A program made the position numbers and the translations under genes. Below the pieces are notes generated by a model. It saw only the letters and a program-made list of their open reading frames with translations. It was not told the origin of the DNA and ran no database searches. This document shows, piece after piece, positions 19,162 to 29,416 of a stretch of DNA of 44,647 nucleotides (positions within the stretch are counted from its first letter, which is position 1; every line of letters starts with the position of its first letter). The DNA is from Bacteroidia bacterium (GTDB lineage Bacteria; Bacteroidota; Bacteroidia; Bacteroidales; VadinHA17), in NCBI GenBank assembly GCA_026391215.1, contig JAPLDX010000108.1:1-44647 (forward strand), given 5' to 3'.

Positions 19162-20643
19162 ATGAAAAACAAGAAAATTTTAGCAATTATATTAGTCATT
19201 GCTGCTGCAATAACATTTTCATGTGAAGATTTTTTAAGCTTAAATCCCATTTCAAGTTACAATGCAGGAAGTTTCTACAAAACTCAGAAAGACTTTGAAA
19301 TGGCAGTCAATGGGATGTACAATGAATTTCAGGCTATGCACGCAGTTGTTGGAACTGGTAACATAGTACTTAATCTGGAATCTCGCTCCGATAATTGCAC
19401 ATTACAAACTGGTTATGATCCTGGTATCTTGCATCAATTCATTAACAATGCATCGACCGGGTCGACAAAAGGCTTTTGGGGAAGCTTTTATACTATTGTT
19501 CAACAAAGTAATGAGATACTTGGTAAGATAGATGCCGGAATCTTTGCTGATGAGACCAGGCGATCAAACTTAAAGGGTGAAGCATACTTCTTCCGCGGAT
19601 TAGCTTACTTTCAGCTGGGTTATCTGTTTGGCGGTGTCCCTTTGATTGATCATTCTATGAAAGTGGATGAGATTAAACAGATTGCCCGAAGTACACAAGC
19701 TGAGACATTTTCCTTTGCGGAAGCTGACCTGGTTCAGGCAATACTATTACTTCCTGATTCCTGGGTAGCAAAAGAATTAGGGAAAGCGACTAAATACTCT
19801 GCTCAAGGCATACTTGCACGGTTATATTTATTCCAAAAGAAGTATTCAGATGCGAAACCTCTGCTACAGAGCATTATTAATTCAGGAAAATATACACTAG
19901 CAACTAATTTTGTAGATTGTTTTTTGGATAAGTACGATAATAGCACTGAGCATGTATTCCAGGTTCAATGTGTTACAGGCTCTTTAGGTGAGGGGAATGG
20001 TTTTGTCGCTATGGAAGCACCTCTAGAGATTCGATCTACTGAATTTCCGAAAGGAGGATCTGCATACTATAATAAAGCCTCTTCAGATTTGTATAAATCT
20101 TATGAAACCGGGGACCTGCGCCGTAATATATCTCTTCAGAAGGGTTGGAAGAACGCAGCAGGTCAGACAGATACTATTACTATTTTTTTCGTAAAATATG
20201 CTCACGGAACGATACCTGCCTTAACGAATGATTATGCGGTTAACTTCCCTATATTACGATACACAGATGTTAAACTGATGTATGCAGAGGTATTAAATGA
20301 AGAAAATTATGATCCTGCCGGAGAAGCTTTTTCAATACTTAATGTTGTAAGGGCACGTGCAGGATTAAAACCACTTACATCAATCGAGGTTCCAACACAG
20401 GAGGCATTCAGAAATGCAATGTTGCATGAAAGGAGAGCTGAATTTGCATGTGAATACTTACGATGGTATGATCTTTTACGAACAGGTAAGGCTGTCGGTG
20501 TAATGAATGCTTTTTTTGCCCAGCCATCGGAAGGCAGCAGTAAATATAAAATGGAAGAATACATGTCTATTTTTCCAATACCGGAATATGAACTTTTATT
20601 AATTACTGATCCAAAAATCTTATGGCAAAATCCGGGATATTAA
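19162..20643 (+). CDS. susD: SusD/RagB glycan-binding lipoprotein
   Basis: Lipobox TFSC; GEAYFFRG, LRYTDVKLMYAE, ERRAEFACE..RWYDLLR, QNPGY. Confidence 0.95.
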   Translation: MKNKKILAIILVIAAAITFSCEDFLSLNPISSYNAGSFYKTQKDFEMAVNGMYNEFQAMHAVVGTGNIVLNLESRSDNCTLQTGYDPGILHQFINNASTGSTKGFWGSFYTIVQQSNEILGKIDAGIFADETRRSNLKGEAYFFRGLAYFQLGYLFGGVPLIDHSMKVDEIKQIARSTQAETFSFAEADLVQAILLLPDSWVAKELGKATKYSAQGILARLYLFQKKYSDAKPLLQSIINSGKYTLATNFVDCFLDKYDNSTEHVFQVQCVTGSLGEGNGFVAMEAPLEIRSTEFPKGGSAYYNKASSDLYKSYETGDLRRNISLQKGWKNAAGQTDTITIFFVKYAHGTIPALTNDYAVNFPILRYTDVKLMYAEVLNEENYDPAGEAFSILNVVRARAGLKPLTSIEVPTQEAFRNAMLHERRAEFACEYLRWYDLLRTGKAVGVMNAFFAQPSEGSSKYKMEEYMSIFPIPEYELLLITDPKILWQNPGY

Positions 20644-20666
20644 TATAGTTAATTGATTAATTACTT

Positions 20667-20708
20667 GAAGAAGCTCAAACCTGTATTGAAATTGGCTAGA
20701 GCTTCTTC
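20667..20708 (+). terminator. Stem-loop after susD (terminator or mRNA stabiliser)
   Basis: GAAGAAGCTC / GAGCTTCTTC 10-bp perfect inverted repeat; no long U-run. Confidence 0.5.
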
Positions 20709-20765
20709 CTTAAAAAATCAATATTTTTATCGTATTTGTCTGCCGAATCCTAAAGTAATTTTAAA

Positions 20766-21914
20766 ATGAAAAATTTAGTTAATTTCTTTATCATTATTCT
20801 AATCGCTTCATCATTAAAAGGTTACACCCAGGAGCAGCTAATGCCTGCGTTTAAAACGGACCTCACTAAAGATGATGTTAAAACAGTGCTAAAAGCAGTC
20901 GCAGACTGGCAGATCCGAACACCGCTTACACACCACCTTGCCGATTGGACAAATGCTGCTCTTTACGTAGGAATGGTTGAGTGGGCAAGTATTGCCGGTG
21001 ATGAATCATATAATACCTGGCTCTTAGGAATTGCTGAAAAAAACAGCTGGACATATTATATTCATGATAATCCCCTACGCAGGTATCTTGCTGATGATTA
21101 TTGCGTTGGCCAGACATATATTGAACTTTATCGCAAGTATAAAGATAAAGAAATGATAAAGCCAATAAGAACTTATCTTGATAAGATAATGAAGGATCCT
21201 GCTACAGGAGATCTTAAATATACCAGAACCGAAGAGTATTGGTCAAGTCAGCGTTGGTCATGGTGTGATGCACTTTTTATGGGGCCTACTGTATGGGCAA
21301 AAATGAGCAATGTGACTGGTAAGAAGAAATACCTTGATTTTATGTACCACGAATACAAAGCCACAACTGATTTCCTTTATGATAAGGAGGAACATCTCTT
21401 TTTCAGGGATTCTAGATATTTCACTCAGAAAGAAGCAAATGGTAAAAAGATCTTCTGGGGACGGGGAAATGGTTGGGTGTTTGCAGGACTCCCTATTATT
21501 ATTAGGGAACTTCCCGCCAAGTATGAACATAAAGATTTTTTTGTTGATTTATTTAAAGAGATGGCCGCAAGACTTATTTTGCTTCAGGCTAATGATGGAT
21601 TCTGGCATGCAAGCCTTCTTGATCCTGCAAGCTATCCTAATCCGGAAATGAGTGCTACTGCATTCTTTGTTTATGGTTTAGCCTGGGGTTTGAATAATAA
21701 CTATCTCGATAAGGAAACATATTTGCCGGCTTTAGTAAAAGGATGGAAATCAATGGTCACTTCTGTATGGCCCGATGGAAAAGTGGGATACGTTCAACCT
21801 GTAGGAGCAGATCCTAAAAGTGTTTCAAAGGAAATGACTGAAGTATATGGTGTTGGTGGATTTCTCCTGGCTGGAACTGAAATAACCAGGTTAATTGATA
21901 AAGGGATCCTTTAA
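20766..21914 (+). CDS. GH105 (GH88/105 clan) unsaturated uronyl hydrolase
   Basis: ADDYCVGQ, WSWCDALFMGP, FWGRGNGW, YGVGGFLLAG; signal peptide. Confidence 0.9.
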   Translation: MKNLVNFFIIILIASSLKGYTQEQLMPAFKTDLTKDDVKTVLKAVADWQIRTPLTHHLADWTNAALYVGMVEWASIAGDESYNTWLLGIAEKNSWTYYIHDNPLRRYLADDYCVGQTYIELYRKYKDKEMIKPIRTYLDKIMKDPATGDLKYTRTEEYWSSQRWSWCDALFMGPTVWAKMSNVTGKKKYLDFMYHEYKATTDFLYDKEEHLFFRDSRYFTQKEANGKKIFWGRGNGWVFAGLPIIIRELPAKYEHKDFFVDLFKEMAARLILLQANDGFWHASLLDPASYPNPEMSATAFFVYGLAWGLNNNYLDKETYLPALVKGWKSMVTSVWPDGKVGYVQPVGADPKSVSKEMTEVYGVGGFLLAGTEITRLIDKGIL

Positions 21915-22135
21915 TTAATTGTAAAGATGTATTATCCTGAAGAGAAATCTTGCCTTATAGTAAATGGAATAGACTAGGCAGCAGTGAAAAAAGTTTGATC
22001 CTCTTATATGCAAAGATGGATCATCAACTGTTCTAACCTGGATAAAATAGGTTTTTATTGTCAAGACACAGTGGAATATTGAATCTGTGTAGATTGTAGA
22101 ATTTCATCCTTGATCAGTATAATTTTATTCTAATT

Positions 22136-24691
22136 ATGAAAGCGACACAATTAGTTTTATTTGGATTTTTCAGTATGTTGGTTTTGAATTCATGTAATTC
22201 AGATAATCCCAATGCTATTGAAAAGAGAACTTATAATGGTTTCTATACAGGTTCTAACCTCAATAAAATTGCCTTTCCAATAGGAGGAATAGGGGCTGGA
22301 ATGTTCTGTCTGGAAGGAACTGGAGCTATTTCTCAAATGTCAGTCAGGAATAGTCCAGACATCTCTTCTGGGCCATTTATATTTGCGGCCATTTCATTAA
22401 AGGGAGTTAAAAATGGGGCAAAGGTATTGGAAGGTCAAATCCCAGAGTGGAAAATATTTGGACGTTCAAAATTCAATCGTGTTTATAGTGAAGCTGGCTG
22501 GGGCCTTCCGCGTTTTGAAGACACTAAGTTTCTAGCACGATTCCCATTTGCTTATATCGATCTTTATGATAATGAAATCCCTTTAAAGGTGCAAATTAAA
22601 GGATGGAGTCCTTTTATTCCAACTGATGCTGATGATTCAAGTCTCCCAATCGGGGCAATCGAATACTCATTTAAAAATACCGGGAATTCGAAATTGGAAG
22701 CAGTCTTTTCATATAATTCGATAAATTTTATGAGACAAACAAGCAACATAGCATCTGCGGCATCAGGTAGCCCGACTGTGGTCAGTAAGGCATCGATTAA
22801 ACCAATACCAAACGGATTTATATTATCAGAAGAAGGAGTAGAGAGTGCTCCATATAATAAAGGAGATTTTGCCATATTTACCAATGAGCCAAATACTATT
22901 GTAGATTACTGCTGGTTCAGGGGCGGACATTTTGATGGTATAACTATGTTATGGAATACTATAGCTAGCGGGGATACCAAAAGCAATCCGCCTATTGAAA
23001 TGGGAGCTCCAGGAGCTTCACTTTATGTTCCTTTTACTTTAAAACCAGGCGAAACCAAGGTGGTACGTTTAATGATGGCATGGTATGTTCCTAATACCAC
23101 ACTGAGGTCGGGTAGAGATCCTGAACCAGTACCGGCAGTACCATGTTGTGAAACAAACTATAAACCATGGTACACAAGCAAGTTCAAGGATATCTACGGA
23201 GTCGTTAATTTCTGGAAAACATCTTATAATGATCTTCATAAGAAATCAGAACAATTCAAAGATGCATTTTTTGCAAGTACACTCCCGGCAGAGGTAATCG
23301 AGGCTGTTGCAGCCAATTTATCAATATTAAAATCGCCAACCATCCTGAGGCAGGCTGACGGTCGAATTTGGGGGTGGGAAGGTTGTTACGACGACAAAGG
23401 CTGTTGCGCAGGCAGTTGTACTCATGTATGGAATTATGCACAAGCTATACCTCATTTATTTCCTCAATTGGAACGAACCCTCAGAGAGACAGAATTTTTA
23501 ATAAGCCAGGATACTGCAGGTCATCAAGCCTATCGTTCTGCGTTGCCAATCCGGGCGATAAGTCATAGATCTCTTGCGGCATCCGACGGCCAGTTAGGCG
23601 GAATTATCAAAGTATATCGTGATTGGCGTATAATGGGTGATAAGGAGTGGCTGAAAAATATGTATCCATTTGTTGTCAGGAGTTTAGATTATAGTATTAA
23701 ATCATGGGATCCAAGAAGTACCGGCACAATTGAAGAACCGCATCATAATACTTATGATATTGAATTCTGGGGTCCTGATCCAATGTGTACCAGCTTTTAT
23801 CTTGCTGCATTAAAGGCTATTTCTGAAATGGGTAAGTATTTAGGGGAAGATGTAACCAAATATGAAGTGCTTTATGAAAAAGGGAGGAAGGCAATGGAGA
23901 ATGAATTATGGGATGGAGAATATTTCATTCAGCAGATAAAATGGGAAGGATTGAGTGCTTCCGATCCGGTTGAAGCAGCAACTTCAGGGTCTATTGGGAC
24001 CTCCTATTCAGATGAAGCCATGAAATTATTACAAAAAGAAGGTCCAAAATACCAATATGGAAAAGGTTGTCTTTCAGATGGTGTCATAGGGACATGGATG
24101 GGAGAGATAAGTGGTTTGAAAAACATAGTTGATTCAAAAAAAATTGAAAGTCATTTGACTTCAGTATATAAATACAATTTCCTTAAGGATTTGAAAAACT
24201 TTACAAATCCTCAACGTGCATCCTTTGCATTAGGTCATGAAGGAGGACTGGTACTATGTACATGGCCTAAGGGTGGCAGCCTTTCTCTCCCGTTTATTTA
24301 TAGTAATGAGGTATGGACCGGGATTGAATACCAGGTTGCTTCTCACCTTATGCTCCATGGGCAAGTTAAAAAAGGTCTTGATATTGTTCGTGCTTGCCGT
24401 GATCGTTATGATGGTAGAGAAAGAAATCCGTTCGATGAATTTGAATGCGGACACTATTATGCACGTGCGATGTCAAGTTATGCCTTGTTACAAGGCCTTA
24501 CCGGTGCACGTTATGATGCAGTTGATCAGGTGATGTATATTAATTCACATATTGGTGATTTTACTAGTTTCCTGTCAGCCGAAACAGGATTTGGTAATGT
24601 TGGATTAAAAAATGGCAAACCATTTTTTAATGTAGTCTTTGGGGAGCTTAATATTAAAAAGTTCATTGTATCAGGCATAGAGGCAAATTGA
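22136..24691 (+). CDS. GH116 glycosidase lipoprotein (non-lysosomal glucosylceramidase family)
   Basis: PIGGIGAG, GSCTHVWNYAQA, HHNTYDIEFWG, EVWTGIEY, ECGHYYARAMSS; lipobox LNSC. Confidence 0.9.
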   Translation: MKATQLVLFGFFSMLVLNSCNSDNPNAIEKRTYNGFYTGSNLNKIAFPIGGIGAGMFCLEGTGAISQMSVRNSPDISSGPFIFAAISLKGVKNGAKVLEGQIPEWKIFGRSKFNRVYSEAGWGLPRFEDTKFLARFPFAYIDLYDNEIPLKVQIKGWSPFIPTDADDSSLPIGAIEYSFKNTGNSKLEAVFSYNSINFMRQTSNIASAASGSPTVVSKASIKPIPNGFILSEEGVESAPYNKGDFAIFTNEPNTIVDYCWFRGGHFDGITMLWNTIASGDTKSNPPIEMGAPGASLYVPFTLKPGETKVVRLMMAWYVPNTTLRSGRDPEPVPAVPCCETNYKPWYTSKFKDIYGVVNFWKTSYNDLHKKSEQFKDAFFASTLPAEVIEAVAANLSILKSPTILRQADGRIWGWEGCYDDKGCCAGSCTHVWNYAQAIPHLFPQLERTLRETEFLISQDTAGHQAYRSALPIRAISHRSLAASDGQLGGIIKVYRDWRIMGDKEWLKNMYPFVVRSLDYSIKSWDPRSTGTIEEPHHNTYDIEFWGPDPMCTSFYLAALKAISEMGKYLGEDVTKYEVLYEKGRKAMENELWDGEYFIQQIKWEGLSASDPVEAATSGSIGTSYSDEAMKLLQKEGPKYQYGKGCLSDGVIGTWMGEISGLKNIVDSKKIESHLTSVYKYNFLKDLKNFTNPQRASFALGHEGGLVLCTWPKGGSLSLPFIYSNEVWTGIEYQVASHLMLHGQVKKGLDIVRACRDRYDGRERNPFDEFECGHYYARAMSSYALLQGLTGARYDAVDQVMYINSHIGDFTSFLSAETGFGNVGLKNGKPFFNVVFGELNIKKFIVSGIEAN

Positions 24692-24789
24692 AACTATAAT
24701 AAAACATTTATGGATACAATACAAGTATTCAAAACAAATAAAAGCTGCTATAATTCTAAATTACTATTGAATTATCGATAAGTGAATCT

Positions 24790-26295
24790 ATGAAAAATAA
24801 TTGTTCTATCCTTTGGATGGTCAGGAGGTTAGTTGTTCTGATTTTATTATTGCTAGTTTTTTTCTCTCCAAGAATTGCATCTGCTCAGAATTCATGGTTA
24901 ATGCTGAATGGTATTGAAATACCAAAGAACTTCAGATCAATGCGAAGTTCCAGTGCTGCTCCCAATTTGGAAGGTTCAGACGCACGTCCTATTCCGGCCG
25001 GCAAGACGCTGGTTCTAGCTAATCTTACGGGGCCTGGACGTATCACGCATATCTGGTTCACATTAAGTCCGCACATTAATCTCTATGGAAAGAAATTTGT
25101 TTTGAAAATATTCTGGGATGGAGAACAAAATCCCAGTGTTGAGGCTCCTCTTAATGACTTTTTCTGCGAGGGACATGGAATCGATATGAATGTTCAAAGC
25201 TTTCCTTTCAGCGTATCATCGGTTGGGAGAGGACGTAACTGTTATTTTCCTATGCCATTCCGTAAGTCGGCAAGGATTGAGATCACCAATGAAAGTGATG
25301 AGCCACTACGATGGATCTGGTGGAATATTGACTGGCAGAAGCTTAACAGCTTGTCAAAAAATGTTTACTACTTCCATTCAAAATATCGACAGGAGTTCCC
25401 ATGTAAATCAGGGGGTGGTGATTATCTTATCCTGAAAGCCGAAGGGGAAGGACATTATGTAGGCTGCAATTTATCAGTACGGACTCTTAAACCTCTTTGG
25501 TGGGGTGAAGGCGATGACAAATTTTACATCGATGGCGAAACAGAACCCAGCCTGCAAGGTACAGGTGCCGAAGATTACTTTTGTCAGGCATTTGGTATAA
25601 GAGAATATGCAGGGCTGTTCTATGGATGCCCTTTTAATGAAAGTCCAGCGGTTTATCCTCGGGTTACATTATACCGGTTTCACATTCCTGATCCGGTACC
25701 TTTTTCCAAATCTCTGATGGTGACTATTGAGCATATGGGTGGAAAATACATTCCGAAGAAAGGTTATGAAGAACGTGCAGATGATTATAGTAGCGTTGCG
25801 TACTGGTATCAGAAAGAACCTCACATTGAATTTACCACAATGCCACCTCTTAAAGATCGACTTTATTCCGGGAATGTAGTTTTTATTGAAGCCGAATCTC
25901 TTGGTTATACATATGAGGCGATAGGTGGATGTCCGGGAACACGGGAATTGATTCATGCAGGCAATGACAAATTCCTTTATTTTGCTCCACTCGATGATAA
26001 AGCTTTCTTAACAGTCAAGTTCTCAGTCCGGGAAGCTTCAATTTATGATACCTGGCTGCATATGGTAAAATCATGGGATTACGGTACATACCAGGTTTTT
26101 ATAGATGGCAAATCAATAAGTAATCCAATAGATAATTATACTGAAAATGCTACACAATCAGCATCCCTAAACCTTGGTCAACTGTCTATTGAAGCAGGAG
26201 AACATACACTTCAATTTCAATGTACAGGGAAAAATCCTTTATCAAAGGGATACTCATTGGGATTAGATCGGATTGAGCTGATGCCAGTACATTGA
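24790..26295 (+). CDS. DUF2961 / GH172 glycoside hydrolase with C-terminal CBM-like beta-sandwich
   Basis: GPGRITHIW, WWGEGDDKFYIDGE, GTGAEDYF, SSVAYWYQ; C-terminal domain starting IEAES. Confidence 0.85.
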   Translation: MKNNCSILWMVRRLVVLILLLLVFFSPRIASAQNSWLMLNGIEIPKNFRSMRSSSAAPNLEGSDARPIPAGKTLVLANLTGPGRITHIWFTLSPHINLYGKKFVLKIFWDGEQNPSVEAPLNDFFCEGHGIDMNVQSFPFSVSSVGRGRNCYFPMPFRKSARIEITNESDEPLRWIWWNIDWQKLNSLSKNVYYFHSKYRQEFPCKSGGGDYLILKAEGEGHYVGCNLSVRTLKPLWWGEGDDKFYIDGETEPSLQGTGAEDYFCQAFGIREYAGLFYGCPFNESPAVYPRVTLYRFHIPDPVPFSKSLMVTIEHMGGKYIPKKGYEERADDYSSVAYWYQKEPHIEFTTMPPLKDRLYSGNVVFIEAESLGYTYEAIGGCPGTRELIHAGNDKFLYFAPLDDKAFLTVKFSVREASIYDTWLHMVKSWDYGTYQVFIDGKSISNPIDNYTENATQSASLNLGQLSIEAGEHTLQFQCTGKNPLSKGYSLGLDRIELMPVH

Positions 26296-26332
26296 AACCT
26301 ACTAATCTAATAATGTATCAAGGAATTAAAAA

Positions 26333-28453
26333 ATGAGGAAAAAAGTTGCTTATATTTTACGAACCATTGTTTGTTTTATGGCATTATTTTTAGTGCTGTT
26401 GAGATCAAATGCTCAGGAAATTAATGGTCAAAATACATTGGTCAATCATCAGGAAGAAAGAAACAAACAATATGATTGGCAGACTATTTGCACAGTGGAG
26501 GATGTTTGCAAAGTATACCCACAATTAATGATTACCCTTTTAGATGCTTTGAACATGAACTATGAGGGCCTCCGGGAAGTAAAAATGGCTCATGAAAATG
26601 GAGATATTACTCTTGCATGCACCCTGTTGCTCGACTATTACAAAAACAGCAACAAAATGCCTTTTGTCTGGCAAGTCCCGGTATTCTCAAAAAACATTAA
26701 CACCGTTGCTGACTCAAATTTGCAAAATATCTTCACTTTCTATAATAAGACTTACACAGTACCCCGAGATTCGAATGGTCATCTTAAATGGAATTACCAT
26801 GGTCCTGAGGATGATATTGAATGGGCATGGGCACTTAATCGCCATCATCATTTAGGGATATTGCTTGATGCTTATTTGCAGTCAGGTAATCCTGACTATT
26901 CCAGAGCAATAGATAGCAATATAAAAGACTGGATAATAAGCAGTTTACCTTATCCGGGGAAAAAGAGTGGCACAGAATTATGGAGGGGACTTGAAGTAAG
27001 CTTTCGTATAAAAGTATGGGCCAGAATTTTTTATACACTAATGAATTGCGATGATCTTTGCCCAGCCACCCGACTGCTGATTTTGAGCAGTATTTCCGAT
27101 CATGCTCATTATTCGCGTAATTTTCATAACCAGGGTAACTGGCTGACTATGGAAATGTCAGGACTCGCAATGGCTGCCATTTCATGGCCGGAATTTAATG
27201 AATCACCCTCATGGATTGCCTACTCTAAGGAAACCATAACAAAGAGCATGATGGGACAGGTTTATCCTGATGGTGTTCAAACCGAGTTGACTTCTGGTTA
27301 TCACCTGACTGCACTCGTTAACTTTAATCTTTTTAGGGACATTTGTCTGCAGTCAAATGAGTCATTGCCTGAAATATTCGAAGAGCAGATTGAGAAAATG
27401 TGGAATTACCTGGCTTACACGATGCGACCAGATGGGTATAGTCTTCTTAATAATGATTCAGATCTCAGAGACAACCGTGAAAAAGTCATAAATGCTTCAA
27501 CTGTTTATAAGAGAAAAGACTGGCTTTATCTTGCAACAAACGGAAAGGAAGGACAGGAACCATATGGTGAGCCATCAGTTTTTTTCCCATATGCTGGTCA
27601 TCTGATTATGCGAAGTGGTTATGAACCGGAGGCTCAGTATGGCTTTTTTGACATAGGACCATGGGGTACCGGTCATCAGCATAATGACAAGCTTAATATT
27701 TCCATATCCGCATTTGGCCAAGAATTTCTAGTCGATGGGGGCAGATTTGCTTACACGGGAGAAGTAGCTAAAAAATTCAGGAGTTATGCACGCGGAAGTT
27801 CTGGTCATAATGTAATACTAATAGACGGAAATGGACAGGCACCAGGACCAAATCTTGCTAATCAACCTCTTAATGGAGGAAATTTTACAATATCGGAAAA
27901 ATTCGACTATGCATGGGGATCGTTTAATAAGTTTAACGATACGGAAGGAATATGTGATCATACGCGTGCACTATTATATGTCAGAGATAAGTTCTGGATT
28001 GTTGTAGATCGTATAAGCACAGATCGTCCCCGGAAAATAGAAACATTATGGCACTGGCACCCCGATTGTACAGTCGAACCTGATGGAAAAAACTCAGTTT
28101 CTGGAAAAAACAGTAAGGGGAACCTGGAGATTATCCCGGTTGGTTTTCGACGACATAATCTGTCCTTTGTAAAAGGGCAGGAGAAACCTGTTATCCAAGG
28201 ATGGTACAGCAAGCAATATAATAGTGCAGTACCAAATGTCACAAGTATCTATTCTGATGAAATAAAAGGTAATACTACATTTGTTTGGATATTGTATCCC
28301 TCATCAGGTAAGTTACAACCCATAAAAGCAAAATTGGTAACTGAGAATGAAACTGATGTGAATATCAGAGTTACAAATGCAAAAGGTGACAGATGGGAAA
28401 TTACGATACCATTTTCAAACAGTAATAAAGTTGTTTTAAGATCAAATCATTAA
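26333..28453 (+). CDS. Heparinase II/III-like polysaccharide lyase
   Basis: EWAWALNRH, GNWLTME, DGVQTELTSGYH, GHQHNDKL, HNVILIDG motifs; signal peptide. Confidence 0.85.
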   Translation: MRKKVAYILRTIVCFMALFLVLLRSNAQEINGQNTLVNHQEERNKQYDWQTICTVEDVCKVYPQLMITLLDALNMNYEGLREVKMAHENGDITLACTLLLDYYKNSNKMPFVWQVPVFSKNINTVADSNLQNIFTFYNKTYTVPRDSNGHLKWNYHGPEDDIEWAWALNRHHHLGILLDAYLQSGNPDYSRAIDSNIKDWIISSLPYPGKKSGTELWRGLEVSFRIKVWARIFYTLMNCDDLCPATRLLILSSISDHAHYSRNFHNQGNWLTMEMSGLAMAAISWPEFNESPSWIAYSKETITKSMMGQVYPDGVQTELTSGYHLTALVNFNLFRDICLQSNESLPEIFEEQIEKMWNYLAYTMRPDGYSLLNNDSDLRDNREKVINASTVYKRKDWLYLATNGKEGQEPYGEPSVFFPYAGHLIMRSGYEPEAQYGFFDIGPWGTGHQHNDKLNISISAFGQEFLVDGGRFAYTGEVAKKFRSYARGSSGHNVILIDGNGQAPGPNLANQPLNGGNFTISEKFDYAWGSFNKFNDTEGICDHTRALLYVRDKFWIVVDRISTDRPRKIETLWHWHPDCTVEPDGKNSVSGKNSKGNLEIIPVGFRRHNLSFVKGQEKPVIQGWYSKQYNSAVPNVTSIYSDEIKGNTTFVWILYPSSGKLQPIKAKLVTENETDVNIRVTNAKGDRWEITIPFSNSNKVVLRSNH

Positions 28454-28517
28454 TATGCCATTGATGAAATTAGTGTGGCATTGTAATCTTGAGGATACAA
28501 GGAAATAAATCACATAT

Positions 28518-29405
28518 TTATTTCTCCATTGCATATTGTTTTTTGTATTCTTCCCAGATTTGCAGCGAACGTGTTAAAGTTTCAACAGCATCGCCGGAAA
28601 GATGATAACATTGAAGGCCTATGGGCCCGCGATAACCATTGTCTCTCAGTGACTTCACAAAATGATAAGTATCAAATGATCCCTGACCTAATGGTTGTAT
28701 CAACCGGTCCCATCCCATGCTTTTGGTGTCCCCATTATCAGCACCGCATATATTTACCGCAAACAAATATGGAGCAAATTCTTTAATTTTTTCGTCTATT
28801 CCTTCAGATCCTTCGACCTTAAGTAAATGGCAAAGATTCATTGCAGAACCGTAGTTTTTCCTGTCAACCATTTTCGCAAGTTTCACACTATGTGCTACAG
28901 TTTCACAGTAAGTTGACAGATGTGGATAAATGCACAACTTAATACCATAAGGAAGTGAATAATCAGAAAGATCACGTAATACTGCGACGATTAATTTATC
29001 ACCTGTCTCTTTATTATTCTTATAAGTATTACTTTGAATATAGAAATAAATTATACTTCCATTTGAAGATGATTTAATCATCGTTTTAATCTCATTAGCC
29101 GAGGTATCATCAAGTTTCCCATCTGCATTAAAATTTAGTGCGACATAATTAACAGGCATCTTTAGACCTTCTTCATCAAGTGCTTTTTTAAGTTCAAAAA
29201 AATCTTTATATCCGAAACCTTCTAAACCGTCATACCCAATGGTTTTTAATAATTTTGCCTTTTCAGATGCAGTTTGTGGTGCATTCTTGAACCATTTTAA
29301 AGTGTTTTGAGCATAAAAAATATTATTCAGCTTTTTTTTAGGGTACGCAATACACGAAACCAGAACTAAACTGAAAATTACGATTACAAACATTTTCATT
29401 TTCAT
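28518..29405 (-). CDS. Sugar phosphate isomerase/epimerase (AP-endonuclease 2 TIM barrel) lipoprotein
   Basis: GYDGLE, IYPH, NLCHLLK, PLGQGSFD, GYRGPIGLQCY; lipobox LVSC. Confidence 0.78.
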   Translation of the reverse strand: MKMKMFVIVIFSLVLVSCIAYPKKKLNNIFYAQNTLKWFKNAPQTASEKAKLLKTIGYDGLEGFGYKDFFELKKALDEEGLKMPVNYVALNFNADGKLDDTSANEIKTMIKSSSNGSIIYFYIQSNTYKNNKETGDKLIVAVLRDLSDYSLPYGIKLCIYPHLSTYCETVAHSVKLAKMVDRKNYGSAMNLCHLLKVEGSEGIDEKIKEFAPYLFAVNICGADNGDTKSMGWDRLIQPLGQGSFDTYHFVKSLRDNGYRGPIGLQCYHLSGDAVETLTRSLQIWEEYKKQYAMEK

Positions 29406-29416
29406 ATTTTGTTGAT

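Noticed and set aside
22095-22126. Possible sixth ECF promoter before GH116 (TGTAGAAT...AGTATAAT)
   Set aside because: Spacing fits, but the upstream box lacks ATG and the conserved G is missing; too weak in AT-rich DNA.
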